Shown here: positions 1 through 10,547 of the stretch, piece after piece | How positions within the stretch are numbered: position 1 is the first letter of the stretch | Layout of the letters: each line of letters begins with the position of its first letter | NCBI GenBank assembly: GCA_965261005.1 | Contig: OZ253375.1 | Coordinates: 2,560,001-2,624,000 of the forward strand | DNA from: Deinococcus sp. | GTDB lineage: Bacteria; Deinococcota; Deinococci; Deinococcales; Deinococcaceae | Direction of reading: 5' to 3' | Length of the DNA stretch: 64,000 nt | The notes under the pieces: generated by a model | What the model was told of the DNA's origin: nothing | Seen by the model: only the letters and a program-made list of their open reading frames with translations | The model's database searches: none | Position numbers and translations under genes: made by a program

Positions 1-362
1 CGCGACAAGAGGCCGCTCTGCGAGACCATCAGCAGCGTGACGACGGCGGCGACCACGTGCGGAATCGGCAGCGTCAGCGCGAACAGGAAGCGCAGCAGGC
101 CACCCCTCAGCGAGTGCAAGACCAGCGCGAAGGCGGTGCCGAAGACCGCCGCCAAGCTTGTTGCCGCGAAGGCAATCCACAAACTCAGGCCCAGCGAGCG
201 CCAGAATTCGCCGGAGGTCAGCAGTTCCCGGTAAGCGTCCAGGCTCAGACCGCCCGGCGCGCCGTAGACCGCGTACCCCAGGCTTTGCAGCAGGGCCAAC
301 ACCAGCCCCCCGCCGAACAGCAGCGCCGTCACGGTCAGGGCGGGCAGCAGGCCGGGGCGCAT
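1..362 (-). CDS. ABC transporter permease (YnjC-like), 5' part; runs off the window
   Basis: Manual translation from ATG 362: MRPGLLPALTVTALLFGGGLVLALLQSLG...YRELLTSGEFWRSLGLSLWIAF...LPIPHVVAA; hydrophobic, directly downstream of a binding-protein gene. Confidence 0.8.
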   Translation of the reverse strand, partial: MRPGLLPALTVTALLFGGGLVLALLQSLGYAVYGAPGGLSLDAYRELLTSGEFWRSLGLSLWIAFAATSLAAVFGTAFALVLHSLRGGLLRFLFALTLPIPHVVAAVVTLLMVSQSGLLS

Positions 363-375
363 TACTTCAGAACCA

Positions 376-1593
376 TCACTTCAAGATTTTATTCTTGAAG
401 CCGTCCTGCACGCGCTGGTCGTACTCGGCGGCTACATCGCCGAAGGTGTGCTTCGCCAGCACAGCCGGGTCGAGGGTGTACGGCCCCACCTTGAGGGCGG
501 CCCTCACCTGGTTGGGAAACGCGCCGCCCACCCTCGCCGGGTCAATCGCCAGGCCGTCGCCCCACACGTCGCCGGAAAGCTTTTTCAGCTGCAACTGGGG
601 GTCGAGCAGCGTGTTCGCCACCAGCATGGCCCCCGCCCGGCTGCCCGAGTTGTAGGGAATGGCGACGTAGTGGTGGTCCGACACCGTGCCGGGGTCAAAG
701 AGGTAGACCCGCGCCGTCTTGGGCAGCTGGCCGCTTTGCACCTCGGCGGAGATGCCGGCGATGTTCTGCACGAAGGCGAAGTCAACTTCGCCGTTGGCGA
801 GCAGCTGGTAGAGCTGCGGCACGTCGTTCGGAAAGGTCTGGCCGCCGCGCCACAAGTCCGGCTTGATGTCCTTTAAATAGGTCCACAGCAGCGGCGATTT
901 GGCGTTCCAGAGCTGCTCGCTGAACTTGCCCGCGAACGGCTTCTGCCCGCCCGCGAGGTCGAACAGCGCTTGGCGCAGAAAGCGGTTGCCGTAGAAGTTG
1001 GGCGGCGCCGGAAAGGTGAAGCGGCCGGGGTGGGCGTGAATCCAGCTCGCCAGCTCCGTGAAGGTATGGGGCAATTCGCTTTCCTTCACGCGGGCGCTGT
1101 CGTAGACGTACTGCCACTGGGTGCTGCCCCATGGCGACTCGGCGCCCTCGACCGGAAAGCCGAAGTCGTTCCTGATGGCCGGGTCCTGCCAATTCACCAG
1201 CTTCGCGTTGGGCAACCCCTCTGCCCAGCCCTTCAGCAGCAAGTCAGCCTGCATGGCGGTCTTGAAGTTCTCGCCGTTGATCCAGATCAGGTCCACGCTG
1301 CCGTTCTTGTTCTTGCCGGCCTGCTTTTCGCCCAGCACCTTGTTGACGGCCTGGACCGTATCGGTCAGCGGCACCCGCTTGAGGGTCACGCCGTACTTCT
1401 TGACGGCGGGGGCGACCACTGTGTCCACGTAGCGGTTGATGTTGTCCGAGCCGCCCCACATGTAGAAGTTGACCGTCTGTCCCTTGGCCTGCTTGAGGAC
1501 TTCGGGCCAAGCCAGCGGCTTCGCGTTTTGGGCGCTGGCAATACTTAGGGTGCCCAGACTCAAGATGCTCAGGGTCAGCAACAAAATCTTCAT
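376..1593 (-). CDS. ABC transporter substrate-binding protein (YnjB-like)
   Basis: Signal peptide MKILLLTLSILSLG; motifs TVNFYMWGGS..IN, VDLIWINGENF, ESPWG, PGRFTFPAPPNF. Start moved to ATG 1593 inside ORF 376..2190. Confidence 0.85.
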   Translation of the reverse strand: MKILLLTLSILSLGTLSIASAQNAKPLAWPEVLKQAKGQTVNFYMWGGSDNINRYVDTVVAPAVKKYGVTLKRVPLTDTVQAVNKVLGEKQAGKNKNGSVDLIWINGENFKTAMQADLLLKGWAEGLPNAKLVNWQDPAIRNDFGFPVEGAESPWGSTQWQYVYDSARVKESELPHTFTELASWIHAHPGRFTFPAPPNFYGNRFLRQALFDLAGGQKPFAGKFSEQLWNAKSPLLWTYLKDIKPDLWRGGQTFPNDVPQLYQLLANGEVDFAFVQNIAGISAEVQSGQLPKTARVYLFDPGTVSDHHYVAIPYNSGSRAGAMLVANTLLDPQLQLKKLSGDVWGDGLAIDPARVGGAFPNQVRAALKVGPYTLDPAVLAKHTFGDVAAEYDQRVQDGFKNKILK

Positions 1594-2480
1594 GCGCTTC
1601 CTTTCATGTGTGCGGCGCGGCGCGCCTCGAACTTGGCGTAGACCTCGGGAAAGTCGGGGTCCATGTCGAAGCGGTAGCCGTCCCAGTAACCGTCGCGGTC
1701 GGGGTCGTAGTGGCGCGGTGCGGGCATGTCCTGCGAGAGCGCCGCCCCCTTCATGGCGCGCCGCAGCCGCACCCGCAGGGTTTCTAAGTTGCCCTCGCGC
1801 AACTCCGCCACGCTCAGCTCGGGCAGCGCCCGCAGGCCCACCCGCACGCCGTAGCGCAGCGTGGGCGCGAAGGGATGTTCCCAGATGCGGTGCGAGCCGC
1901 TGATGACGACCGGCAGCAGCGGGTACCCGAGGCGGCGGGCTACCTCGAAGGCGCCGCGCTGAACGTCGCTCTCGATGCCCGCGACGGTACCCTGCACGAA
2001 CACGGCCAGGCTTTCCCCGCCCGCCAGAATGTCCCGCGCGGCGCGCAGCAGCCCCCGGTAGCCGCCGGTGGGATGTTCCGGGTTGATGGCGACGTGGCCG
2101 AGCTGGGTGATGGCCGGTCCCACCCCCGGCCAAGTGAAGATCTCGTCGCGCGCCACAAAGCGCAGCGGCAGCGGCAATTGCAGCAGGCACAGCACGTCGG
2201 CCATGCCCTCGTGCAGCGAGGCGACCAGGTACGGCCCCGGCCCGACGTGTTCTAGACCTTCCAGCTCCAGCCGCACGCCCAGGTGGCGCAGCAAGCGTGC
2301 GCTCACGCGCCGCTGGGTGGCGGCGCGCTCGTGCGGCGTGGCGCCCGCCGGCACGCGCAGCAACTCCGCGACGCTGCGTGTCAGCAGCGCCCGCCCGAAG
2401 GCGGCGTAGCGCACCCGAGCGCCCAGCCCTTCGGGCCGGAAGATCAGCTCGGGGGGCGGTGGGGACGGATCGTTCGGCAA
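1590..2480 (-). CDS. Lysophospholipid acyltransferase family (PlsC-like)
   Basis: HxxxxD motif (HEGMAD), RFVARDE and VFVQGT blocks; TTG start after GAGG is inferred. Confidence 0.75.
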   Translation of the reverse strand: MPNDPSPPPPELIFRPEGLGARVRYAAFGRALLTRSVAELLRVPAGATPHERAATQRRVSARLLRHLGVRLELEGLEHVGPGPYLVASLHEGMADVLCLLQLPLPLRFVARDEIFTWPGVGPAITQLGHVAINPEHPTGGYRGLLRAARDILAGGESLAVFVQGTVAGIESDVQRGAFEVARRLGYPLLPVVISGSHRIWEHPFAPTLRYGVRVGLRALPELSVAELREGNLETLRVRLRRAMKGAALSQDMPAPRHYDPDRDGYWDGYRFDMDPDFPEVYAKFEARRAAHMKGSA

Positions 2481-2517
2481 GGCAACCTCACGGACAAGAT
2501 AAGGCACGCGGGCCGCT

Positions 2518-2832
2518 CTATTGTGGCGTTGGCGGGGTCGGTGGCGGCGCGCAGCCGGCGATTTGCAGGTAGCGCAAGTCGGCCGCCCCGAAGAACAGCG
2601 CGGGAAACAGCGAGGCGCTGGCGAGGCCCAGGCCAAAGGCGCTCAGGCCCGGCCGCGCGTGACCGCTCAGCGCCAGCGCCAAGCCGCCGGGACCGAGCAG
2701 CAGCGGGGACAGCAACTCGAACAGGGTGTGACCACGGCAGGTGTCGCGCAGAATGAGCGCTTCCAGCGCGCGGACAAGAAAAAAGATGCCGGTACCCACC
2801 GCGTAGCCCAGAAAAAACGCGCGCAGGTTCAT
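2518..2832 (-). CDS. Small hypothetical membrane protein
   Basis: MNLRAFFLGYAVGTGIFFLVRAL..., about three hydrophobic segments. Confidence 0.55.
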   Translation of the reverse strand: MNLRAFFLGYAVGTGIFFLVRALEALILRDTCRGHTLFELLSPLLLGPGGLALALSGHARPGLSAFGLGLASASLFPALFFGAADLRYLQIAGCAPPPTPPTPQ

Positions 2833-3045
2833 CGGACTCAGAACGGTCACCAGCCGAATGTAGGGGCTGGCGTGCGCCGCGCACAAGGACAAGTGTCGCT
2901 TGGCCGCCCCGTTCGCCAACGTTCGCTCAAAATACCCTCATCCTCAACATGAGAGCCGCGCCTACCCTGAGATACCGCAGAGACCAAGTCGGCGGCGTGG
3001 CGTGGCGGCTGTTTGGACGCCGCGCCGTTCCCAAGGAGGACACAG

Positions 3046-3651
3046 ATGTCGCGCAGATACGAACGTTATGAACCGGACTACGAACCCCGCCGCAGCGGTG
3101 GTGGCGGTTTTGGCCTGCTGCTGCTGCTCGCGGGCTTCGCGGCGCTCGCCTACTACCTGAGCAAGCCGGCCAACCGGACGGCGGCCAAGCAAAAGCTCGA
3201 CGACCTCGGCGTGACCCAGAAGCTGGACGACCTCGGCGTTTCGGACGCGGCGAACAAGGTGGCGGGCGCGGCGAGCGAGGGCTACGAGCGCGTCAAGGAG
3301 GCGGGCGCCCAGGCGGGTGAGGTCATCGCCGACAAGGCCCAGGAAGTGCAAAAGGCCGCCAGCAGCGGGGGCCTGGGGGCCGCCAAGGACGCGGCCGTTG
3401 GCGCCCAGGGTGACGTGAAAAAGGCCGTCCAGAACGCTGCCGGTGAGGCAGGCGCGGCGGCTCAGGACGTGGCGGGCACGACCCAAGACGCCGCCAAGGA
3501 CGTGCAGGCGAAGGCGCAGAACCAGGGCGCGACCCAAAAGGCGGGCGAACAGGCCAAGGACGCCGCCCAGGACGTGAAGCGCGGCGGCCAGGACGCCTTA
3601 TCCGACCTCAAGTCCTCGCTGCAAGACGCGCGACGCGACCTCGAAAAGTAA
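3046..3651 (+). CDS. Membrane-anchored LEA-like/YtxH-like hydrophilic protein
   Basis: SD AAGGAGG before ATG 3046; one TM segment, then A/K/D/Q-rich repeats (AKDAAQDVK). Confidence 0.7.
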   Translation: MSRRYERYEPDYEPRRSGGGGFGLLLLLAGFAALAYYLSKPANRTAAKQKLDDLGVTQKLDDLGVSDAANKVAGAASEGYERVKEAGAQAGEVIADKAQEVQKAASSGGLGAAKDAAVGAQGDVKKAVQNAAGEAGAAAQDVAGTTQDAAKDVQAKAQNQGATQKAGEQAKDAAQDVKRGGQDALSDLKSSLQDARRDLEK

Positions 3652-3665
3652 AGTTTCTGTTGGAG

Positions 3666-3687
3666 ATAACGCGGGCAAGTGCCCGCG

Positions 3688-3697
<10 letters not shown>
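3666..3697 (+). terminator. Intrinsic terminator between convergent genes
   Basis: Stem ATAACGCGGGC-aagt-GCCCGCGTTAT followed by GTTTTT. Confidence 0.7.
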
Positions 3698-4619
<922 letters not shown>

Positions 4620-4623
<4 letters not shown>

Positions 4624-5375
4624 CCGCTCGCCTCCCGCCCGGCGCGCGTCACGTCGTCCTGGGTGTCGGGCCACGTCACCCGCTCCAAGTGGGCCACGTC
4701 GTTGAAGCCGATCAATTGGCCGGCGCGCCGTTCCCCGCCCGCCCCTCCCTCTGTCAGCTGCCCCAGCGCTACCCGCGTGATCGAGGTGTTGGCGACCGAC
4801 AAGCGCGCCCACACGTCCTTGTCGCGCCCCCCGATGGCGAGGCTGACCGCCACGCGCACCACGCCGCCGTGGGTCACGATCAACAGGCGCTGGCCGGGGT
4901 GCTGGGCGCACAGCGCGTCGAAGGTGCGCGTGGCGCGCGCCGCGAGGTCGGCCATGCTCTCGCCGCCGGGCCGCCGGACGTGCCACGGATCGGCGCGCAG
5001 GGCGGCGACGTAGCCGGGAAACTGCGCTTCGATCTCGCTCCGAACCTTGCCCGACAATTGGCCCACGTCAATTTCGCGCAAACCCGGCAAGGTCACGACC
5101 TCGGGGCGGCTGTCCAGGCCGCCCGCCAACAAGCGCGCCGTTTCCAAGGCGCGCGTGAGGTCGCTGGAATACACCGCGCCGAAGTGCAGGCCCGTGAGGC
5201 GCGCCGCCAACTGCCGCGCTTGGGACACGCCGGTGGGGGAGAGCGCCACGTCGGTCTGGCCTTGGTAGCGGCCCGTGGCGTTCCACTCGGTCTCGCCGTG
5301 GCGGACCACCCAGAACTCGGCCAGGTCATCGCGGCGCAGCGTGGGAAAGCCGGTGGGCGGTTGGGGCGCGCTCAT
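4620..5375 (-). CDS. Histidine phosphatase (phosphoglycerate mutase family)
   Basis: VRHGETEWN, YSSDLTRA, VTHGG motifs. Confidence 0.9.
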
Positions 5376-6448
5376 TCGGGCCGGGGCCGTTCGGTTCCAG
5401 ATACGAGGCGCACGCCCGCGCCCGGCTCCAGTTCGCCTACCCAGTACGGCGTCTCGCCGGCGGCGCCCAGGGCGTCTTTGGCCGCCTCACGCTCCGCCTT
5501 TGGCAGCATGAACACGAAGCCCAGCCCCATGTTGAGGGCGCGGTAGCGCTCCTGGCGGGACACCCCGCCCAGCCGCACGATCAAGTCGAACAGCGGCGGC
5601 ACCCGCCAGCTCCCTTCCCAAATGGCCGCGCCCAGGCCCGGCGGCAGCACGCGCGGCAGGTTGTCCAGCACACCTCCCCCGGTGACGTGCGCCATGCCGC
5701 GCACGTCCACCCCGGCCGCCCGCAGCGCGTCGTAGGCCCCCAGGTAGGCGCGGTGCGGCGCCAGCAGCGCGTCTTCCAAGCTGGCGCCCAAATCCGGCCG
5801 GACCTCGCGCCAATCGAGGTCCGAAAGCGCCGCCCGCGCGAGGCTGTAGCCGTTGGTGTGCAGCCCGGTCGAGGGCAAGCCGATCAGCACGTCGCCCGCC
5901 GCCAGCCGCGCCCCGGTCACCACCTCGGCGCGGTCCACGGCGCCCACCATCGTTCCCACCACGTCCAGCTCGCCGTCTTGGTACACCCCTGGCATCTCGG
6001 CGGTCTCGCCGCCCAGCAGCGCGGCGCCGAGGGCCTCGCAAGCTGCCGCCGCCCCGCCCACGATCTCGGCGGCCACCTCGGGCAACAGCTTGCCCATCGC
6101 CAGATAATCCAAAAAGAAGAGCGGGCGCGCGCCCTGCACCAGCAGGTCGTTGGCGCAGTGGTTGACGATGTCGTGGCCGAGGCCGGCGAAGCGGCCCGCC
6201 CGCGCGGCCACCTTGGTCTTGGTGCCCACGCCGTCGGTGCTGGCCGCCAGCACCGGCTCGCGCATGCCCAAAAGCGCCGAGGGCCGGAACAGCCCGCCGA
6301 AGGCGCCCAGGCCGGAGAGCACGTCGGGCGTGTGGGTGCGCCGCACCGCCGCGCGCATCAGGTCCACCGCCCGCGCGCCGGCGGCGATGTCCACCCCCGC
6401 GCGCCGGTAAGCCGATGTGTCTGTGGCCGATTCGTCTGTTTCCGTCAC
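5372..6448 (-). CDS. purM: Phosphoribosylformylglycinamidine cyclo-ligase (AIR synthetase)
   Basis: YRRAGVDI, STDGVGTK, GGETAEMPG, GLHTNGYSL, AHVTGGG, NMGLG. Confidence 0.96.
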   Translation of the reverse strand: MTETDESATDTSAYRRAGVDIAAGARAVDLMRAAVRRTHTPDVLSGLGAFGGLFRPSALLGMREPVLAASTDGVGTKTKVAARAGRFAGLGHDIVNHCANDLLVQGARPLFFLDYLAMGKLLPEVAAEIVGGAAAACEALGAALLGGETAEMPGVYQDGELDVVGTMVGAVDRAEVVTGARLAAGDVLIGLPSTGLHTNGYSLARAALSDLDWREVRPDLGASLEDALLAPHRAYLGAYDALRAAGVDVRGMAHVTGGGVLDNLPRVLPPGLGAAIWEGSWRVPPLFDLIVRLGGVSRQERYRALNMGLGFVFMLPKAEREAAKDALGAAGETPYWVGELEPGAGVRLVSGTERPRPE

Positions 6449-6532
6449 ATTGCGCTCCTGAATCACCCCTGATGCTGCGCGCCCAGTGTATCCGAAGGGC
6501 CAGGGGCGTGCGCCCTCCTGTAGACTGCCGCC

Positions 6533-7516
6533 GTGGCCTCCATGTCTGCCGACGTCGCCGGGCGAATCGCCTCCCTGCTGCCCCAGCGGCACGCCCGGCC
6601 CGAGATTGACCTGCTCTACCGCATGCTGCGCGACTACCCGGAGCGCGGCGGCAAGGGCCTGCGCGGCGAGCTGACCCGGCTTTCCGGCGCGGCCCACGGC
6701 GCGGACCCGGACCAAACCCTCTGGCTGGCCGCCGCCGTGGAACTCTTTCAGAATTGGGCGCTGATTCACGACGACGTCGAGGACGACTCCGAGGAGCGCC
6801 GGGGCCGCCCGGCCCTGCACCGCGAGTACGGAACGCCGCTGGCCGTCAACGCCGGCGACGCCCTGCACGCCTACATGTGGGCGGCGGTCTTTCGGGCCGA
6901 TGTTCCGGGCGCCCAGGACGAGGTGCTGAACATGGTCCACCGCACCGCCGAGGGCCAGCACGTGGACCTCGCCTGGGTCAGGGACGGCCGCTGGGACCTG
7001 ACGCCCGAGGACTACCTGGCGATGGTGCGCCTCAAGACCTCCTACTACACCGTGGTCGCGCCGCTGCGGCTGGGCGCCCTGGCCGCCGGCCTCGTGCCCG
7101 ACGAGCGCTTCACAGAGGCGGGCCTGCGGCTGGGCGCCGCCTTTCAGATTCGCGACGACGTCCTGAACTTGATCGCCGACGGCGCCAAGTACGGCAAGGA
7201 AATCGCCGGCGATTTACAAGAGGGCAAGCGCACCCTGATCGCGCTGGACTGGCTGGAGCGGGCCTCACCCGAGCGGCGCGAGGTCTTTCTGACCGAGATG
7301 AACAAACCCAGAACCGACAAGAACCCCGAGGTGCTGGCCCACATCCTCAGCTGGATATTGGAGGGCGGCGCCACCGAGCGCGCCATGCGGGTGGCCCACG
7401 ACCAAGCGGGGCGGGGACTGGCGCTGCTGGAAGAGGCTTTGCAGGACGCGCCGTACCAGAAGTACGCCGCGCAGATTCTAAACTTGATGCGGCAGCTGGC
7501 AACGCGGGAGGCGTGA
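6533..7516 (+). CDS. Polyprenyl diphosphate synthase (GGPP synthase-like)
   Basis: GGKGLR, first Asp-rich motif IHDDVED..RRG, second motif FQIRDDVLN, GDLQEGK. Confidence 0.9.
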   Translation: MASMSADVAGRIASLLPQRHARPEIDLLYRMLRDYPERGGKGLRGELTRLSGAAHGADPDQTLWLAAAVELFQNWALIHDDVEDDSEERRGRPALHREYGTPLAVNAGDALHAYMWAAVFRADVPGAQDEVLNMVHRTAEGQHVDLAWVRDGRWDLTPEDYLAMVRLKTSYYTVVAPLRLGALAAGLVPDERFTEAGLRLGAAFQIRDDVLNLIADGAKYGKEIAGDLQEGKRTLIALDWLERASPERREVFLTEMNKPRTDKNPEVLAHILSWILEGGATERAMRVAHDQAGRGLALLEEALQDAPYQKYAAQILNLMRQLATREA

Positions 7517-7568
7517 GGGCGAGAAAACGAATCTTCGCACGCGGGCCGCGTTCGGCATAAGGTGGGGC

Positions 7569-8792
7569 GTGGACCTGCCCGAGCTGCACCTCGACCTCAA
7601 CGACCCCGCCTTTGTGCGCGACCCCTACCCGACCCTGGCGCGGCTGCGCGCCGAGACGCCGGTCTTTTACGACCCGGTCTGGCACAAGGTCTTCTTCACC
7701 CGCTACGCCGACATTGCGCGCGTTCTGCGTGACAAGCGCTTCGGGCGCAGCGCCACGCACGTCTTGTCGCGCGACGAGCTGGGCTGGCCGCCGCCCGATT
7801 CCCGCCAAGCCGACTTCGACGCGTTTCAGGACAACCACATGCTGGACGCCGAGCCGCCGAAGCACACCCGGCTGCGCGCCTTGGTGGGCAAGGCTTTTAC
7901 GCCCAAGCGGGTCGAGGACCTCCGCCCGCGCGTGGAGGCTTTGCTGGACGCGACCCTCGCGGGGCTGGCGGAACGGCCCAGCTTCGACCTGGTGCGCGAC
8001 TTCGCCGAGCCGCTGCCGGTGGCCGTGATCGCCGAGCTGCTGGGCGTGCCCCAGGGGGACCGCCACCTGCTGCGCCCTTGGTCGGCCGACATCGTGCGGC
8101 TGTACGAGCTGGGCTACTCGCCGGAGGACCAGCGGCGGGCCAACGACGCGGTCATCGCGTTTTCGGCCTACCTGCGCGACCTCGCGGGAGAGCGCCGCAA
8201 GCGGCCCCGGGATGACCTGATCAGCGCCTTGGTGCGGGTGGAGGAGGCGGGCGACACGCTGAGCGTCGAGGAACTGGTCGGCAGCTGCATTCTGCTGCTG
8301 AACGCCGGACACGAGGCCAGCGTGAACGGCACGGTGGCGGGGGTGCGGGCGCTGCTGGAGCGTCCTGAGCAGTGGGACGCGCTGGCGCGGGCGCCGGAAG
8401 GTTCACCCCTGTTCGCGTCCGCCGTCGAGGAGCTGCTGCGCTTCGACACCCCGCTGCCGCTGTTCGAGCGCTGGGTGCTGGAGGACCTGGACCTCGGCGG
8501 CGTCCACTTGGCGCGCGGCATGGAGGTGGCCCTGTTGTACGCCAGCGGCAACCGCGACCCGGGGCAGTTCCGGGACCCGGACACCCTTGACCTGACCCGC
8601 GACGGGGGACCGCACCTCAGCTTTGGCCTGGGCACCCACTACTGCCTGGGCGCCCCGCTGGCCCGCTTGGAAATGCAGCTGGCCCTGCGCGCCCTGACGC
8701 GGCGCTTTCCGCGGCTGCGCTCCCTGGAGCGGGACGCCGAGTACGGCGGCTTCGTGATTCGCGGTGTGAAAAGGTTCGAGGTGGCAGGTTGA
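7569..8792 (+). CDS. Cytochrome P450
   Basis: I-helix NAGHEAS, ExxR (EELLR), heme motif FGLGTHYCLG. Confidence 0.95.
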   Translation: MDLPELHLDLNDPAFVRDPYPTLARLRAETPVFYDPVWHKVFFTRYADIARVLRDKRFGRSATHVLSRDELGWPPPDSRQADFDAFQDNHMLDAEPPKHTRLRALVGKAFTPKRVEDLRPRVEALLDATLAGLAERPSFDLVRDFAEPLPVAVIAELLGVPQGDRHLLRPWSADIVRLYELGYSPEDQRRANDAVIAFSAYLRDLAGERRKRPRDDLISALVRVEEAGDTLSVEELVGSCILLLNAGHEASVNGTVAGVRALLERPEQWDALARAPEGSPLFASAVEELLRFDTPLPLFERWVLEDLDLGGVHLARGMEVALLYASGNRDPGQFRDPDTLDLTRDGGPHLSFGLGTHYCLGAPLARLEMQLALRALTRRFPRLRSLERDAEYGGFVIRGVKRFEVAG

Positions 8793-8868
8793 ACTTCTGT
8801 TCGGCATACAAATAGGGAGTGACGCAACGCGCGCCACCCCCTTCAACCCTCGGTGTTTACATCGCGGT

Positions 8869-9423
8869 TTACATCGCGCTCTTCATCAAATTGCGCGCCT
8901 CTTGCAGGTGGCGCTGCTCGGTGCTATGGAAGTCGGTCACGAAGCGCCGCACGTCGCCGACCTGGGTGGTCTTGAGTTCCTGGGCAGCGTCGGACACGTC
9001 CTCGGCGTTGATGCGCTCCTCCTCCTGCAAAAAGGCCTTGTCAAAGGCCGCGCCGCTCATGCCCATCAGGTTTTGCAGCCGGCTGCTGTCGCTGGACTGA
9101 ATGGTCAGCGGCAGCGCCACGTTGTAGCTTTGGCCGAGCTTCAGCAACTCCATGTTGAGCTGATTGTGGTCGAGAATGACGCTGCGGGCGTAGCTGCGAA
9201 CGGCCTGGATACTCCCCTTCAGGTAGCCAAGTTCGGCGAGGGCCTGGTCGTAGACGCTGCCCTGCGCGTTCTTTTCCAGGTACGTGCGGTCGGCGGAGCT
9301 GATGGTGCCGGACTGATTCGCGTTTGTCGAGGTGGAATTCGTTGAGGTGGAGTTGGATTGGGCGGCGGCCAGCGAGCCGAGGACGAGCGCGGCGGGCAGC
9401 AAGAGCGCGAGGCAGTTGGACAT
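8869..9423 (-). CDS. Secreted DUF4142 (ferritin-like) protein
   Basis: Signal peptide; pattern AD..YL..AQ, DH..LN.EL..L, GAAFDKAFL, HL.EAR. Confidence 0.8.
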   Translation of the reverse strand: MSNCLALLLPAALVLGSLAAAQSNSTSTNSTSTNANQSGTISSADRTYLEKNAQGSVYDQALAELGYLKGSIQAVRSYARSVILDHNQLNMELLKLGQSYNVALPLTIQSSDSSRLQNLMGMSGAAFDKAFLQEEERINAEDVSDAAQELKTTQVGDVRRFVTDFHSTEQRHLQEARNLMKSAM

Positions 9424-9566
9424 GATAGACCCCTCTTCAGAGTGAGTGGCGGCGAGGGTGAGGCGGGAGAAGGTGCGGCCGCAGCCTTCAAACCCACAAT
9501 AGCCGCCGGTGTAAAAGGGGTGTAAAAGCGCGCCCCTACGCGCTTGAGCGTGCCTGAACCGAACGT

Positions 9567-10280
9567 TCACGCCCCGCTGAAATTGTCGGCGAGCACCAAC
9601 TCGCCCGCCAGCGCCTCTAGGCGCGCTGCCTCCCTATGGCCGAGGGCCAGCAGCGCGGCCACCCGCGCCGGTGAGCGCGGCAAGCTGCGCGCCAGGGCCT
9701 TTTCGGCGGTGGCGCGCGCCTTGTGCGGGGACCCGACGGCGGCCTGGGCGCGCGACAGCACGGCCAGCAGATGGGCGTCCGCCGGGTGGCCGCTCAGCTC
9801 GGCCACCTTCAGGCCCTCGGCGAGGGCGTGCAGGGCGGCGCGGCCGTCCCCCGCGTTCACGAGCAGCTCGCCCAGCAGCGTGGCGGCGGCGATCAGGGCT
9901 TGCACGTCGCCCTCGGCGCGGGCGCGGGCGCGGGCGTGCTGGGCTAGGCCCAGGTCCGGCTCGCCCAGCAGCTGGCGCGCCCTCGCGCGCAACACGGCGG
10001 CGCGCCCCCCCCCGGGTTCATCCCGCAGCGCCTCCAACGCCCCTTCAGCGTCGCCCAAGCGGCACAGCGCGGCGGCGAGGCCAAGCTGGGCGGACGCGCC
10101 TGCCCCCGCTCGCCGCGCCCGCGCCCACCATCCCGCCGCCAAACGGGGTCGCCCGGCCTGAAGCGCCAGCGCGGCGGCCCGCTCAAGCTCTGCCGGCCCG
10201 GGTTCAAAGTGCGCCAGCCCGGCCAGCAGCTGTTCGTCCGCGCCGCGCCGCAGGTCTTCTTCGAGGGCGGCCAGGGTCAC
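9567..10280 (-). CDS. Hypothetical helical-repeat (TPR-like) protein
   Basis: Ala/Leu-rich amphipathic helices, host codon usage, TAGACT -10 before the GTG. Confidence 0.6.
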   Translation of the reverse strand: MTLAALEEDLRRGADEQLLAGLAHFEPGPAELERAAALALQAGRPRLAAGWWARARRAGAGASAQLGLAAALCRLGDAEGALEALRDEPGGGRAAVLRARARQLLGEPDLGLAQHARARARAEGDVQALIAAATLLGELLVNAGDGRAALHALAEGLKVAELSGHPADAHLLAVLSRAQAAVGSPHKARATAEKALARSLPRSPARVAALLALGHREAARLEALAGELVLADNFSGA

Positions 10281-10312
10281 GCCGCCAAGTCTAGAGCCTC
10301 AAGTGTAGAACC

Positions 10313-10470
10313 TCAGGCGCTCAGGGCCGTATCCAGCCCCAAAAAGCGCCACGGCGACCGCCTGGGCACCCACACGCCCGCGCCGCTCTTCACGGCGCCC
10401 AGACGGCCGTCCCGAATCCAGCGGTGCATGGTGCGCTCGTGGGGTGCGCTCGTGGCAGCCGGTGTAGTCG
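10313..10470 (-). pseudogene. Degenerate excisionase-type (HTH_17) DNA-binding gene fragment
   Basis: HERTMHRWIRDGRLGAVKSGAGVWVPR resembles the helix-wing of excisionase HTH; 13-bp tandem duplication at 10430-10455 and no clean N-terminus. Confidence 0.5.
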
Positions 10471-10547
10471 CACACCTCGCTGACTCCAGCACAAAGAGAG
10501 CGTCAATCTTTTCTTGAGCGGGCCGGCGTGCGCTAACCTGCATTCTC

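Noticed and set aside
8795..8811. Radiation-desiccation response motif-like 17-mer TTCTGTTCGGCATACAA
   Set aside because: Poor palindrome, located between convergent gene ends rather than in a promoter.
10313..10470. Integrated element marked by the excisionase-like fragment
   Set aside because: No integrase, att repeat or tRNA nearby; the flanks are ordinary host genes.
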